52,226 nt of DNA, from IMG/VR virus record IMGVR_UViG_3300032286_001250, positions 1 to 52,226 of that record; one strand, 5' to 3'. A program made the position numbers and the translations under genes. This document shows, in pieces, positions 52,223-52,226 of this stretch. How positions within the stretch are numbered: the stretch's first letter is position 1; every line of letters starts with the position of its first letter. The DNA is from a virus (Duplodnaviria > Caudoviricetes). The notes beneath the pieces are model-generated. The model ran no database searches. It was not told the origin of the DNA and saw only the letters and a list, made by a program, of their open reading frames with translations.

Positions 52223-52226
52223 ACGC

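Noticed and set aside
1-52226. HIP1 (GCGATCGC) enrichment
   Set aside because: Not noticeably frequent on reading; not counted formally.

Overview
A 52 kb stretch of a GC-rich, temperate, long-tailed (siphovirus-like) phage. The host is most likely a picocyanobacterium (Synechococcus/Cyanobium type), inferred from a cyanobacterial AbrB-like regulator, a possible NblA-like ORF and a tRNA-Pro attachment site. From left to right: a divergent HTH-like gene; a replication module (Prim-Pol/Zn-finger/helicase fusion, an alternating inverted-repeat array resembling an origin, Dda-like helicase, family A DNA polymerase); cyAbrB; xis/int with an intact attP (3' half of tRNA-Pro GGG); and a two-domain endolysin. 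A long minus-strand late region follows: terminase, DUF1073-type portal, MuF, DUF2213 protease/scaffold, cement, DUF2184-type capsid, neck, tail tube, frameshifted tail chaperones, tape measure, tip and fibres. The most unusual part is about 10 kb between portal and prohead protease. It encodes proteins built from a repeated module: [R-x-D site]-[CGxxxIxxxxxC]-[Gly/Ala hydrophobic helix]-[variable domain]. The variable domains include an intact protein-kinase-like domain, apparently reached through a second G_GGA_AAG -1 frameshift, and a GNAT-like domain; a ferritin-like protein and a degenerate InPase-like portal tail lie in the same block. This suggests a protease-processed, capsid-packaged effector system. 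Also seen: a strand-biased iterated octamer CCTCGGGG (about 45 copies counted by eye) and a 21-bp-phased repeat upstream of the portal. All family calls come from motif recognition and gene order by eye; no searches were run.
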